This document shows, piece after piece, positions 29,747 through 38,735 of a DNA stretch of 64,000 nt. Positions within the stretch are counted from its first letter, which is position 1. Every line of letters starts with the position of its first letter. The notes under the pieces were generated by a model. It was not told the DNA's origin and searched no databases. It saw only the letters and a list, made by a program, of their open reading frames with translations. The position numbers and the translations under genes are program-made. The DNA comes from SAR116 cluster bacterium AG-325-F22 (GTDB taxonomy: Bacteria > Pseudomonadota > Alphaproteobacteria > Puniceispirillales > Marisalimonadaceae), in contig QBYJ01000004.1 in the NCBI GenBank assembly GCA_003282885.1, positions 461 through 64,460 of the forward strand, in the 5' to 3' direction.

Positions 29747-30793
29747 TTAACTAATAATTTTAAAAAACTCTTCAATTACAGATTTTTTAATATCACGAGT
29801 AATAAATACCATTCGGGTACTTTTATCTTCGTCAGGCCATTCTTTAAGCCATTCCACAGGATAAAAAATATGTTGAACACCATGAATAATTGCAGGCCCG
29901 TCTTTACCTTTTATATTTAGTATGCCTTTTAATCTTAACAATTTAGAACCCATTTGACTTGACAGTAATTCAATAAAAAAATTCAAAGTTGTCATACTTA
30001 TCTGCTGATTAGTGACTAATGAAAAACTTTCGATGTTATCACCATGACGATTTATATCATGATGCTCGTGTTTGTGATTATGATTATGATGGGTATTTTT
30101 GTTGGTGGTTTCATTGTATTTTTCAATTGCCAACCACTTTCGAGAATCCCATGAATTATTTAGTGGATCGTAATCATTTAGTCCTATTAGCTCGGTTAAA
30201 GGGATTTTTTTTTTATTGCTTTCAATTATATTTGCTTTTGGATTAATTTTCTTAATTCTATTTTTAATTGAAATTATTTTAGAGCTTTCAGAAAGATCAG
30301 TTTTGCTTAAAATAATTTTATCAGCTAAGGCTGTTTGCTTGATTGCTTCTTCATGATTATTATATGTATTTATAGCATTTACACCATCAACTAATGTAAT
30401 GATACCGTCAATAGTGTAAATTCTATGTAAATCGAGAGATGTCATAAGAGTATGTATGATAGGAACAGGATCTGCTAAACCGGTAGTTTCTATTACAACT
30501 CTATCAAAATAAGGAATGGTCTTTCTTTCTAATTTTTTTATTAAATCAAGAAGAGTAGATTTTAGATCTTCCTGGATAGTGCAGCATATACAGCCATTTT
30601 GAAGTTCTATTATGTTTTCATCAGTAGTCTCTATTAAATTATGATCTATGCCAACTTCTCCAAATTCATTTATAATTACAGCGGTATTTGTCATAAACTC
30701 CTGTTTTAAAAGAGCAGATAAAAGAGTTGTTTTACCGCTACCTAAAAATCCAGTTATTACTGATACGGGAATATTATTAGGAAATTGAGACAT
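29747..30793 (-). CDS. Second COG0523/CobW GTPase with His-rich linker
   Basis: [26 protein letters not shown], 'HHNHNHKHEHHD', 'HGVQH'. Confidence 0.9.
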   Translation of the reverse strand: MSQFPNNIPVSVITGFLGSGKTTLLSALLKQEFMTNTAVIINEFGEVGIDHNLIETTDENIIELQNGCICCTIQEDLKSTLLDLIKKLERKTIPYFDRVVIETTGLADPVPIIHTLMTSLDLHRIYTIDGIITLVDGVNAINTYNNHEEAIKQTALADKIILSKTDLSESSKIISIKNRIKKINPKANIIESNKKKIPLTELIGLNDYDPLNNSWDSRKWLAIEKYNETTNKNTHHNHNHKHEHHDINRHGDNIESFSLVTNQQISMTTLNFFIELLSSQMGSKLLRLKGILNIKGKDGPAIIHGVQHIFYPVEWLKEWPDEDKSTRMVFITRDIKKSVIEEFFKIIS

Positions 30794-30831
30794 TATTAAA
30801 GTTAACACATTGTAATTCTGAATATAATTAG

Positions 30832-30855
30832 TATGTTATGTTATAACGTAACGTA
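30832..30855. promoter_or_regulatory. Second putative Zur box, between divergent COG0523 and folE
   Basis: TATGTTATGTTA|TAACGTAACGTA imperfect palindrome (2 mismatches) sharing the ATGTTATAAC core with 26883-26902. Confidence 0.7.
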
Positions 30856-30876
30856 ATTGTCTAGAAAAGAGTAACA

Positions 30877-31482
30877 ATGACTAAAAATATAAATAATGAA
30901 AATATTATTAAATTTAATCCTGATCCATCTAGAGAAGAGGCTATGCAAGCTGTAAAAACTCTTATTGCATGGGCTGGAGATAATCCTAATCGTGAAGGAT
31001 TGATAGAAACTCCAAAACGTGTTGTAGACGCCTATAAAGAGTTTTTTGATGGTTACAAAATGAACCCAGACGAAATCCTGTCTAAAACATTCGAAGAGGT
31101 AGAGGGTTATGATGAGATGGTTATTATAAAAAATATTAGACTAGAATCTCATTGTGAACATCATATTGTTCCAATTCTAGGCATTGCTCACGTTGCATAT
31201 ATGCCTAATAAGAAAGTAGTAGGAATTAGTAAGTTAGCTAGATTAGTTGATGTATACGCTAAAAGGCTCCAAATACAAGAAACCTTAACTGCCCAGATTG
31301 CAGAAACTATTCAAAGAGTACTAGATCCCCTGGGAGTTGCTGTACTCATTGACGCGTCTCATCAGTGCATGACTACTAGAGGAGTTCATAAACCAGAGTC
31401 AAGTACAGTTACAAAGCGTATGCTAGGTGTGTTTAAAACTGATGAAAATGTAAGATCTGAATTTATGGAATTAATTAGATAG
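30877..31482 (+). CDS. folE: GTP cyclohydrolase I (type IA)
   Basis: 'REGL.ETPKRV', 'SHCEHH', 'G.SKLAR', 'RLQIQE', 'HQCM..RGV'. Confidence 0.95.
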   Translation: MTKNINNENIIKFNPDPSREEAMQAVKTLIAWAGDNPNREGLIETPKRVVDAYKEFFDGYKMNPDEILSKTFEEVEGYDEMVIIKNIRLESHCEHHIVPILGIAHVAYMPNKKVVGISKLARLVDVYAKRLQIQETLTAQIAETIQRVLDPLGVAVLIDASHQCMTTRGVHKPESSTVTKRMLGVFKTDENVRSEFMELIR

Positions 31483-31491
31483 GAGATTAAA

Positions 31492-31785
31492 ATGATTGTT
31501 AAAATGGGTATAGATTTAACTAGGGGCTTTGGACCTTGGAAAGAAATGTTTGTTAAAAATGAACATAAATTAAACGCTCATGGCGGTAGGTTGGTTTTCG
31601 CAGGTACCGAAAAAGATAATGATAATAAATTAACTGTTATTATGGACTTTGACTCACCTGAAGCATTAAAAAGTTTTGCTAATGATGAAGAACTATCTAA
31701 AATTCGAGAAGAGGCTGGTGCAATGTTAGAAACTAGTACAGTCACTATGATGTGTACAGAATCTTTCACAAGCACTAACAATTAA
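31492..31785 (+). CDS. Small DUF3764-like alpha/beta-barrel protein
   Basis: 'F..WK.MF', 'G...D.D.K..VI', 'REEAGA..E.T' pattern; GGAG RBS. Confidence 0.55.
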   Translation: MIVKMGIDLTRGFGPWKEMFVKNEHKLNAHGGRLVFAGTEKDNDNKLTVIMDFDSPEALKSFANDEELSKIREEAGAMLETSTVTMMCTESFTSTNN

Positions 31786-31823
31786 TTAAATAATTCATTT
31801 AGTTTTGCCTTAAATAAAGTATT

Positions 31824-32537
31824 TTATATTGGACAATCCTTAAATTTAGAACCTACGGCCTCAACAACCTTAGGATTTTTCTCTACTTCGTCACATATCT
31901 TCAATATATTAGGACATTCTTTAAATGGTTTATCTTGACAAGAATCTCTTAATATAGCAAAACCAGAGGTCTTCTGAACGGTTCTAATACAAGTATAGAT
32001 AAAAATATCTGCGTAAGAACAATTTTCACCAGTAATAAAAGGACCTATTTTTTTACTTTTAATATGATTTTCTAAATATTGAAGTCTTGAATGATGTAAT
32101 TTTGTTAGATTTGTCACTCCAAGTTCTTTTCCACCTTCTACAAGTGTGTCTGTCAGTCTCAAATTTCTCCAAAAAGGTTCATTATGTCCAGTAATAATGT
32201 CATGAAATGGTGATAATACAAAAGAGTAATAATCCTGTGCCCAAGACCAATACATAGCTGCTAGAGCGGCATTTTCTGTTGATTTTGGTGTGAGTGGACC
32301 TGGATATTTGGTGATTAAATATTGAACAATAGCTAAGGAATCATTTAGTTCAATTCCATTTGATGGATCTTTTAACCATGGAATAGTTCCAAAAGGAGAT
32401 TCTGTGTTTTTATCAAAATCTTCCCCCATCGGCATACTCATCATCATGTTGGTTTCAATTCCATGTAAGGCACAAATAACCTCAATTTGAAGTCCTCTTC
32501 CAACAACTGGAATATATGCTATGTCAATTTTACTCAT
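31824..32537 (-). CDS. Divergent glutathione S-transferase
   Basis: 'Y.P..GRG..I', 'PFGTIPWL.D', 'DSLAI.QYL', 'SYADI'. Confidence 0.75.
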   Translation of the reverse strand: MSKIDIAYIPVVGRGLQIEVICALHGIETNMMMSMPMGEDFDKNTESPFGTIPWLKDPSNGIELNDSLAIVQYLITKYPGPLTPKSTENAALAAMYWSWAQDYYSFVLSPFHDIITGHNEPFWRNLRLTDTLVEGGKELGVTNLTKLHHSRLQYLENHIKSKKIGPFITGENCSYADIFIYTCIRTVQKTSGFAILRDSCQDKPFKECPNILKICDEVEKNPKVVEAVGSKFKDCPI

Positions 32538-32649
32538 TTATTTGAAACTCCTGATTTAAATTGTTAAAACAATAACTTTATAATTTAGCAATTAATAATT
32601 AAATCAACCAAATTTGTTTTATTTTAAATTAATTACTTGTGAGATCATT

Positions 32650-33411
32650 ATGAATGTAGAATTATTTATCACTGGAGCTGGCGTAAGTGCAAGTAGCGGA
32701 ATACCAACCTTTAGGGGTAATGATGGTTTTTGGACAGTTGGAAGTGAAAATTATACACCTCAGGAAATGGCAACAAGATGGATGTACGAAAATAATCCTG
32801 CGGATTTTCTATTATGGTATTTCAAAAGATTTGTATCTTACAGATCAGTAAAACCAAACTCAGCACATTATTGGCTAGCTGACAAAAAGTTAATAACTCA
32901 AAATATAGACGGATTAGATGGAAGGGCAGGTAATACTGATTATATATCTATCCATGGCAGATTAGATAAAGTTGTTTATTACAGAAATGAAATGGACAAA
33001 CAATTACCTTTTGATGCTGAATGGGATGAAATTGATATAACATCAAATCCAACTGATGAGGCCTTAAAAGAAAAATTATTAGAAAAATTTAAAATTAGAA
33101 AAATTGGTAATACATTCAGCCCAGAAAATGGTATTTCACTAAAACCTTATGTGTTGCTATTCGACGAAATTTATACAGACTTATACCGTATTTCAGAAGC
33201 AGAACAATGGATGAAAGTAGCTAATAAAGTGATTTTTATAGGAACTTCATTTAGTGTAAATATTACATCAATAGCACTAAGATCAGCCATTTCTCGAGGA
33301 ATTGATATTGATATAGTTGATCCTGAGCCTGTTAAATTAGATTATGAAAATATAGAATATTTTAAAATGACTGCCGAAGAATATTGTGAAATGAAAAAAT
33401 TAAAAAGCTAA
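32650..33411 (+). CDS. Sir2/CobB-family NAD-dependent deacylase lacking Zn-finger cysteines
   Basis: TGAGVSASSGIPTFRG, TQNIDGL, HG, KPYVLLFDE and IGTS; no CxxC between HG and KP. Confidence 0.85.
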   Translation: MNVELFITGAGVSASSGIPTFRGNDGFWTVGSENYTPQEMATRWMYENNPADFLLWYFKRFVSYRSVKPNSAHYWLADKKLITQNIDGLDGRAGNTDYISIHGRLDKVVYYRNEMDKQLPFDAEWDEIDITSNPTDEALKEKLLEKFKIRKIGNTFSPENGISLKPYVLLFDEIYTDLYRISEAEQWMKVANKVIFIGTSFSVNITSIALRSAISRGIDIDIVDPEPVKLDYENIEYFKMTAEEYCEMKKLKS

Positions 33412-33414
33412 TTA

Positions 33415-33852
33415 TTATTTTTTAAAAGGTATCCAAGTTGCACTAGCATATGCAGCAAGTTTTCCATCATCTCTATGCAAATGTGATTGAAGGAAACTAA
33501 TTTTTTTTCCTGGCTTAAGAAAGCTTCCTTCGCATAAAACATTTCCTTCCTTAATTGGTAGAAGGTATTTAATATTCATTTCCAAAGTTGCACCTGCACC
33601 TGTTGTATTATAGAGTAAGTGTCCCATAGATACATCCATAGCAGTTGCTATTATTCCCCCGTGAAGAGTTCCTTGGGGATTAAACATAGGCGGTTTAGCT
33701 TCAAAGTTTACTAAACATTTATTATCTTCATAGGAAACTTTGAAACCTAAGAACCTTGATAAATAAAAAGAACCAAAATCTTGCAAGTCAGATTTATTTG
33801 CATCTGACAACATAGAAGCCCCAATATCTCTAATTTTATTTATTTCATTCAT
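33415..33852 (-). CDS. PaaI-family thioesterase
   Basis: 'NPQGTLHGGIIATAMD'. Confidence 0.9.
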   Translation of the reverse strand: MNEINKIRDIGASMLSDANKSDLQDFGSFYLSRFLGFKVSYEDNKCLVNFEAKPPMFNPQGTLHGGIIATAMDVSMGHLLYNTTGAGATLEMNIKYLLPIKEGNVLCEGSFLKPGKKISFLQSHLHRDDGKLAAYASATWIPFKK

Positions 33853-33902
33853 TAAATAACTTTCTAAATATTAATAATTTAAAGAATATTAATTTATATT
33901 AA

Positions 33903-34991
33903 TCATCCAACAAAATATTTCTTAACTTTTTCAAAATCAAAATTTATTCCATGTCCAGGTAAATCTGGTGCCTCTGTATACCCATTTAAAACCTTTAATG
34001 GTGAATCAATGAATTCATCTATTCTCCAAGCATGAAATTCAAGGTATGATGCATTTGGACATGAAGCTAATAAATGAACATGCAATTCATGGACACCATG
34101 AGAACAAACAGGTAAATTATTAATTTCAGCTAATTTCGCTACTTTCATAAAAGGAGTAATTCCTCCACAAGTAGTTAAATCAGGTTCCAAAAAATCAACA
34201 CCATTAACATCAATAAGTTGATTAAATTCTGCAAGATTGTGAAGATTTTCTCCAGCAGCTATAGGTATTTTACCTAAAGAACGTAAATACGAGTACCCTT
34301 TGAAGTCATCAGGCTTTATTGGTTCTTCAAGCCATACTAAATTAAACTTTTCTATTTCTTTAAATGCAATAACAGCCTGATCTATTCTCCATGCTTCATT
34401 TGCATCTGCCATTAACATGATATTATCTGCCAAGTGATTTCTCATTACTTCTATTCTTTTCAAATCATCAATTAAAAACTCTTTTCCTAATCTCATTTTA
34501 ATAGACCTAAATCCTTTTTCTAAAGATTTTGTAGCTCCATCTAGTAATTTTTCTGTAGAAAAATTGAGGTCAATATTTCCAGCATAAGCTAGTACTTTTT
34601 TATCATGACCGCCCAGCAACCTCCATAAGGGTTCTTTCAGACATTTTCCTTTTAGATCCCATAATGCAACATCTACAGCAGCTATTGCAAAACTTACAGG
34701 TGCACCTCTACCTGCATAATGAGTTGCTTTCCACATATTTTTCCAGAGTAATTCAATTAATCTTGGATCTTTTTTTAAAATAATAGGAATAAAACTATTT
34801 TTAATAATTGAAGCAATTGCTAAGCCTTGATTTTCATGAACAGTTATGTAACCAACACCTTGTTCGTTATTATCATTAGTTACTTTACAAATAACCAAAT
34901 CAAATGCTTTCATCACTCCCGCCGCAAAAGCTTCAACTGGTTCTGGTAAGGGGATTTGATAAGTATCAACTTCAACTTTTGAAATTTCCAT
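33903..34991 (-). CDS. Mandelate racemase/muconate-lactonizing (enolase superfamily) enzyme
   Basis: 'DVALWDL.GK', K-M-R, DANE, WLEEP, AGEN, H. Confidence 0.9.
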   Translation of the reverse strand: MEISKVEVDTYQIPLPEPVEAFAAGVMKAFDLVICKVTNDNNEQGVGYITVHENQGLAIASIIKNSFIPIILKKDPRLIELLWKNMWKATHYAGRGAPVSFAIAAVDVALWDLKGKCLKEPLWRLLGGHDKKVLAYAGNIDLNFSTEKLLDGATKSLEKGFRSIKMRLGKEFLIDDLKRIEVMRNHLADNIMLMADANEAWRIDQAVIAFKEIEKFNLVWLEEPIKPDDFKGYSYLRSLGKIPIAAGENLHNLAEFNQLIDVNGVDFLEPDLTTCGGITPFMKVAKLAEINNLPVCSHGVHELHVHLLASCPNASYLEFHAWRIDEFIDSPLKVLNGYTEAPDLPGHGINFDFEKVKKYFVG

Positions 34992-35014
34992 TACAGACTC
35001 CTATAACGTTGTTT

Positions 35015-36616
35015 TTAAGAGAATTCAAAACCTTCATAGTTATTGCTGACTTTTTCGTCACATATTTTTTTATAATTGGCAACACCTCCAACATACGGCA
35101 TAAATCCTTTACTTTTACCAACTATATTATCACCATTATACCAAGAATGAGCTAAAGGGTATAAGGTTGCATTAGCAACATCATTATTATGATTAACCCA
35201 TTTATCTTGATTTATAGAATTAGCATTTACTTTTATGTATTTATTATCTTTTTTGTAAACTATTAAATTATGAATAAAGTCGACATGTTGTTCAATTGAT
35301 AAAATCATTTGACTTTTTACACCTGGACTTTGAGGTCCAGTTATCATAAACAAATTCGGGAAATTAGATACCATCATACCTAAATATGTTTTGGGACCAT
35401 CAGACCATTTAGATTTTAAGCTTACATCTTCATCATTTAAAATTTCAATAGCATTTACTGCACCTGTCATTGCATCAAAACCTGTAGCAAATACTAAATC
35501 ATCAAAAGAATATTCAATATTATTAGTAAACAGGCCTTTTTCTGTAATTTTTTCAATTGGATCATTAGAAATATCTATTAGAGAAACATTATTTTTATTA
35601 TATGTTTCAAAATAGTTACTATCTAAACAGAGTCTTTTAGTCCCAATTGGATGATTTTTGGGACATAGTTTTTCAGCTGTTTCTTTGTTACTAACAATTT
35701 TTCTTATTTTATTTCTCACAAATTCAGCTGCAGTTTCGTTTGCTTTTTCATCAGTGAGTAAATCTGTAAATGTAAATAACATTGCTTGTCCGCCGTCTTG
35801 CCAAGCTTTTTCATAAATCACATTTCTTTCTTCGTCGCTTACTTCAAAAGTTGATTTTGTAGCGGGTTGATATTTTGCAATTCCGAAAGATGAATTTTTA
35901 GCTAGTTGACGATATTTTTTATAGTTTTTTTTATATTCCTCTCTTTTATTTTCAGGAAGATCTCTATGTCTAGCAGGTAAACTAAAATTAGGTGTCCTTT
36001 GAAACACTATTAATTTTTCAGCGGTATTAGAAATTATAGGAATAGATTGAACAGCTGAAGAACCTGTACCTATTACTCCAACTTTCCTACCCATAAAATT
36101 GGGCATTTCTTTAGGCCATGCTCCCGTGTGATATATATTACCCTTATAGTTATTTAATCCTGGGATTTTTGGAGTATTTGGCGTCGATAAATTTCCAGTA
36201 GCTAAAATCAAGTGCTCACATTCAATAACTTTTTGTTTATCTGTAGTCACAATCCATTTTTGTTTTTCTTTTGAAAACTTTGATTTAATAATTTTAGTAT
36301 TAAAATTAATATTTTTTCTTAAACCAAATTTTTTACATACAAATTTTGCATACTCAAGTAACTCAGGTTGTGTTCCATATTTTTCTTTCCAATTCCATTC
36401 TTGTTGTAGATCTTCAGAAAAAGAATAAGAGTAATCCATACTTTCAATATCGCATCTAGCCCCAGGATATTTATTCCAATACCAAGTTCCACCAACATCA
36501 TCAGCTTGTTCAAATATTTCAACTTTAAATCCTTCTGACATTTGTTTATGTAAAATATACATGCCAGCAAAACCTGCACCTACAATTAATGTATCTAGAT
36601 ATTTATCAATATACAA
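35015..36616 (-). CDS. Type I Baeyer-Villiger monooxygenase
   Basis: GAGFAG, GGTWYWN.YPGARCD, 'YKGNIYHTGAWP' fingerprint, GTGSS, ATGF. Confidence 0.93.
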   Translation of the reverse strand: MYIDKYLDTLIVGAGFAGMYILHKQMSEGFKVEIFEQADDVGGTWYWNKYPGARCDIESMDYSYSFSEDLQQEWNWKEKYGTQPELLEYAKFVCKKFGLRKNINFNTKIIKSKFSKEKQKWIVTTDKQKVIECEHLILATGNLSTPNTPKIPGLNNYKGNIYHTGAWPKEMPNFMGRKVGVIGTGSSAVQSIPIISNTAEKLIVFQRTPNFSLPARHRDLPENKREEYKKNYKKYRQLAKNSSFGIAKYQPATKSTFEVSDEERNVIYEKAWQDGGQAMLFTFTDLLTDEKANETAAEFVRNKIRKIVSNKETAEKLCPKNHPIGTKRLCLDSNYFETYNKNNVSLIDISNDPIEKITEKGLFTNNIEYSFDDLVFATGFDAMTGAVNAIEILNDEDVSLKSKWSDGPKTYLGMMVSNFPNLFMITGPQSPGVKSQMILSIEQHVDFIHNLIVYKKDNKYIKVNANSINQDKWVNHNNDVANATLYPLAHSWYNGDNIVGKSKGFMPYVGGVANYKKICDEKVSNNYEGFEFS

Positions 36617-36650
36617 AAAATTCTCCCTAATAATATTTTAAATACTAGGT

Positions 36651-36679
36651 CTTGAAAATCAGTTTTTCAACACTTAAAT
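36651..36679 (+). promoter_or_regulatory. Putative sigma-32 (RpoH) promoter of hsp20
   Basis: CTTGAA-N16-CTTAAAT upstream of a small heat-shock gene. Confidence 0.55.
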
Positions 36680-36686
36680 CAATAAA

Positions 36687-36772
36687 GTGATGCTGTAATA
36701 GATCACATAATTAAAAATTAACATTGCCATAATGGAATGTTTATTAACTCGCTTTATAAGGAGCTAAAAATG
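36687..36772 (+). promoter_or_regulatory. ROSE-like RNA thermometer
   Basis: CUCGCUU (36748-36754) pairs with the SD AAGGAG (36758-36763) with a bulged G; two further hairpins upstream (GTGAT..ATCAC; AACATT..AATGTT). Confidence 0.7.
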
Positions 36773-37192
36773 ACTATATTACCAACACTCGCATTACGTT
36801 CTTTTGTAGGTTTTGATAACCTCTTTAATGAACTAGAGACAATTTCAACCCAAAAACAAAATTCTTTTCCTGCCCATGATATTTTAAGAATTTCTGAAGA
36901 TGAGTATGAAATAACTTTAGCTTTATCAGGCTTTAATAAAAAAGATATTTCTATAGACGTTCATGACGGAGTTCTCACTATTAAAGGTAATGGAGGTTCA
37001 GAAGTACAAGACGATAATGTCCAATATATATATAAGGGTATTGCAAAAAGATCTTTTGAACAAAAGTTTCGCTTAGAACAATATGTTGACGTCAAAGATG
37101 CAAAGTTATCAAATGGTTTACTGAAAATTTCCCTCTTAAGAGAAATTCCAGAAGAGAGAAAACCAAGGCAAATTGCTTTAAAATCGGCTTAA
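36770..37192 (+). CDS. ibpA: Small heat-shock protein (Hsp20/IbpA)
   Basis: 'VGFD.LF', 'FP.HDI', 'YKGIAKRSF...F.L', 'A.L.NGLL.I.L...IPEE.KP'. Confidence 0.92.
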   Translation: MTILPTLALRSFVGFDNLFNELETISTQKQNSFPAHDILRISEDEYEITLALSGFNKKDISIDVHDGVLTIKGNGGSEVQDDNVQYIYKGIAKRSFEQKFRLEQYVDVKDAKLSNGLLKISLLREIPEERKPRQIALKSA

Positions 37193-37202
37193 GTATCTTT
37201 TG

Positions 37203-37231
37203 GGTTAGGACAAGTTTTTGTCCTAACCTTT
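37203..37231 (+). terminator. Rho-independent terminator
   Basis: GGTTAGGACAA-GTTT-TTGTCCTAACC followed by T's. Confidence 0.8.
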
Positions 37232-37260
37232 ATTATAAATCAAGTATATTAGGCATTTAG

Positions 37261-37479
37261 ATGGAATTTTTACTAATTTGGGTTTTAGGTGGAGACGTTA
37301 TTGATAGTGGCTTAAGATATAAAAGTGCTGCTAAATGTTTTTCAGAATCACAAAATGCTGCTACTGAAATGAGAGATGTTGGCTTAACATCTCCTCAATT
37401 TACTTGTATCCCAGTCGCTAAAGGCAAAGATTTTAAAATATATAGAAAAAACTCTAATAATTCTAGATTTCCTTTCTAA
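37261..37479 (+). CDS. Small hypothetical protein with a Cys pair
   Basis: 72-aa ORF 'Y.S...C......FTCIP'; ATG start with AGG RBS. Confidence 0.6.
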   Translation: MEFLLIWVLGGDVIDSGLRYKSAAKCFSESQNAATEMRDVGLTSPQFTCIPVAKGKDFKIYRKNSNNSRFPF

Positions 37480-37511
37480 TTCATTTTTTAAATTTTGTTC
37501 TACAACTTCCC

Positions 37512-37694
37512 TTATTTTTTAAGCTCTTTTGTTTGCTTGTCTAAACCTAATTTCCTTCTAACAAATCCATATATCTGTATTATTAAAAATATAGCTATTA
37601 ATCCAAATACAATTTCTGTAAACATGAACGAAAAGTTAATCTTTTCTTCAATCATAATTAAAGATGAATTAAATTTTTTAAAAAAAATGTCCAA
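37512..37694 (-). CDS. Small membrane protein
   Basis: 60-aa ORF with one TM helix followed by a basic tail. Confidence 0.45.
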   Translation of the reverse strand: MDIFFKKFNSSLIMIEEKINFSFMFTEIVFGLIAIFLIIQIYGFVRRKLGLDKQTKELKK

Positions 37695-37778
37695 TTTATT
37701 AAACTTTTAATGTAATAATCTTATTAATTATTATTTCAATATAATACTTTTTCAAATTCAACGTTTGGGAGGAATGCA

Positions 37779-38729
37779 ATGAAAATGAAAAATATAATCC
37801 TTATATCATTTCTATCTTTTTTTTGTATAAGTCAATCTATTGCAGAAACTAGAATTACTTATAAATCTGCAAAGTCTACATCTTCTTATTACCAGATGGC
37901 TGTACAAATAGCCGATACTATAAAAAAATCTACTAATGGAGATATGATTTTAACAATTGAAGAAAGCCAAGGTTCTGTTCAAAATGTAAAAGAGGTAGCT
38001 GGTAGAAAGGGTAACTATGTATTCACAACACCACCTGTACTTGTAAAACTTGCAATTGCAGAAAAAGCTATGTTTAAAGGTAAAGGAAATCCAAAATATA
38101 AAAATATTAGGGCATTATTCCCAATACCCTCTCTGACTATGCATTTTGTAATGTCAAAAAAATCAGGTGTAACAAGTTTCAAAGACATGGAAGGCAAAAC
38201 TATACTTTTAGGTAAAGGTTCTTTTGGTGCAAAAGAAGGTGCTAAATACATAAAAAAATTTGGTTTAGAAGGTAAGGTTAAACTAGCTCAGGTTGAGCTT
38301 TCAAATGCTGTTCCTGCCCTAAAAAATGGTCAAATTGACGGTTTTGTAACTGCTGGATCTTATCCAGCACCTAATGTTATTGAAGCAGCAGCGTCAATGG
38401 GTGTAAATGTTATATCACTTAATAATGATCAAATAAAATCATCAAAGAGAACTAAATTAATAATACCTGCAGGTACTTATGCTGGTCAAAAATCAGATAT
38501 TTCTACAACTTCACTTCCAGTAGTTGCATATACAACTACTGATATGAGTGATGAAGTAGCATACAACCTAACCAAAGCTTATTGGGATAATAAAGGTAAA
38601 TTAGGTGAAGCAGCTAAATGGTGGAATGGAGTTACACCGAAGATGCTTTCTAATATATCTACTAAAATTCATCCAGGAGCAATAAAGTTATATAAAGAGA
38701 TTGGAGCGAAACTGGCTGATCATCATTAA
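37779..38729 (+). CDS. TAXI-family TRAP solute receptor
   Basis: Signal peptide, 'SQGSVQNV', 'IPAGTY.GQ', 'IHPGA..Y.E.G'. Confidence 0.9.
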   Translation: MKMKNIILISFLSFFCISQSIAETRITYKSAKSTSSYYQMAVQIADTIKKSTNGDMILTIEESQGSVQNVKEVAGRKGNYVFTTPPVLVKLAIAEKAMFKGKGNPKYKNIRALFPIPSLTMHFVMSKKSGVTSFKDMEGKTILLGKGSFGAKEGAKYIKKFGLEGKVKLAQVELSNAVPALKNGQIDGFVTAGSYPAPNVIEAAASMGVNVISLNNDQIKSSKRTKLIIPAGTYAGQKSDISTTSLPVVAYTTTDMSDEVAYNLTKAYWDNKGKLGEAAKWWNGVTPKMLSNISTKIHPGAIKLYKEIGAKLADHH

Positions 38730-38735
38730 TTTTTA

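Noticed and set aside
30055-30092. Short tandem (TGA/TGT) repeats
   Set aside because: Explained by His/Asn codons of the COG0523 His-rich linker.
32650-33411. Sir2 protein as an anti-phage effector (Thoeris/DSR/Sir2-HerA)
   Set aside because: The motifs are CobB-like (SGIPTFRG, TQNID, IGTS) rather than SIR2_2-type, and there is no defence partner nearby.
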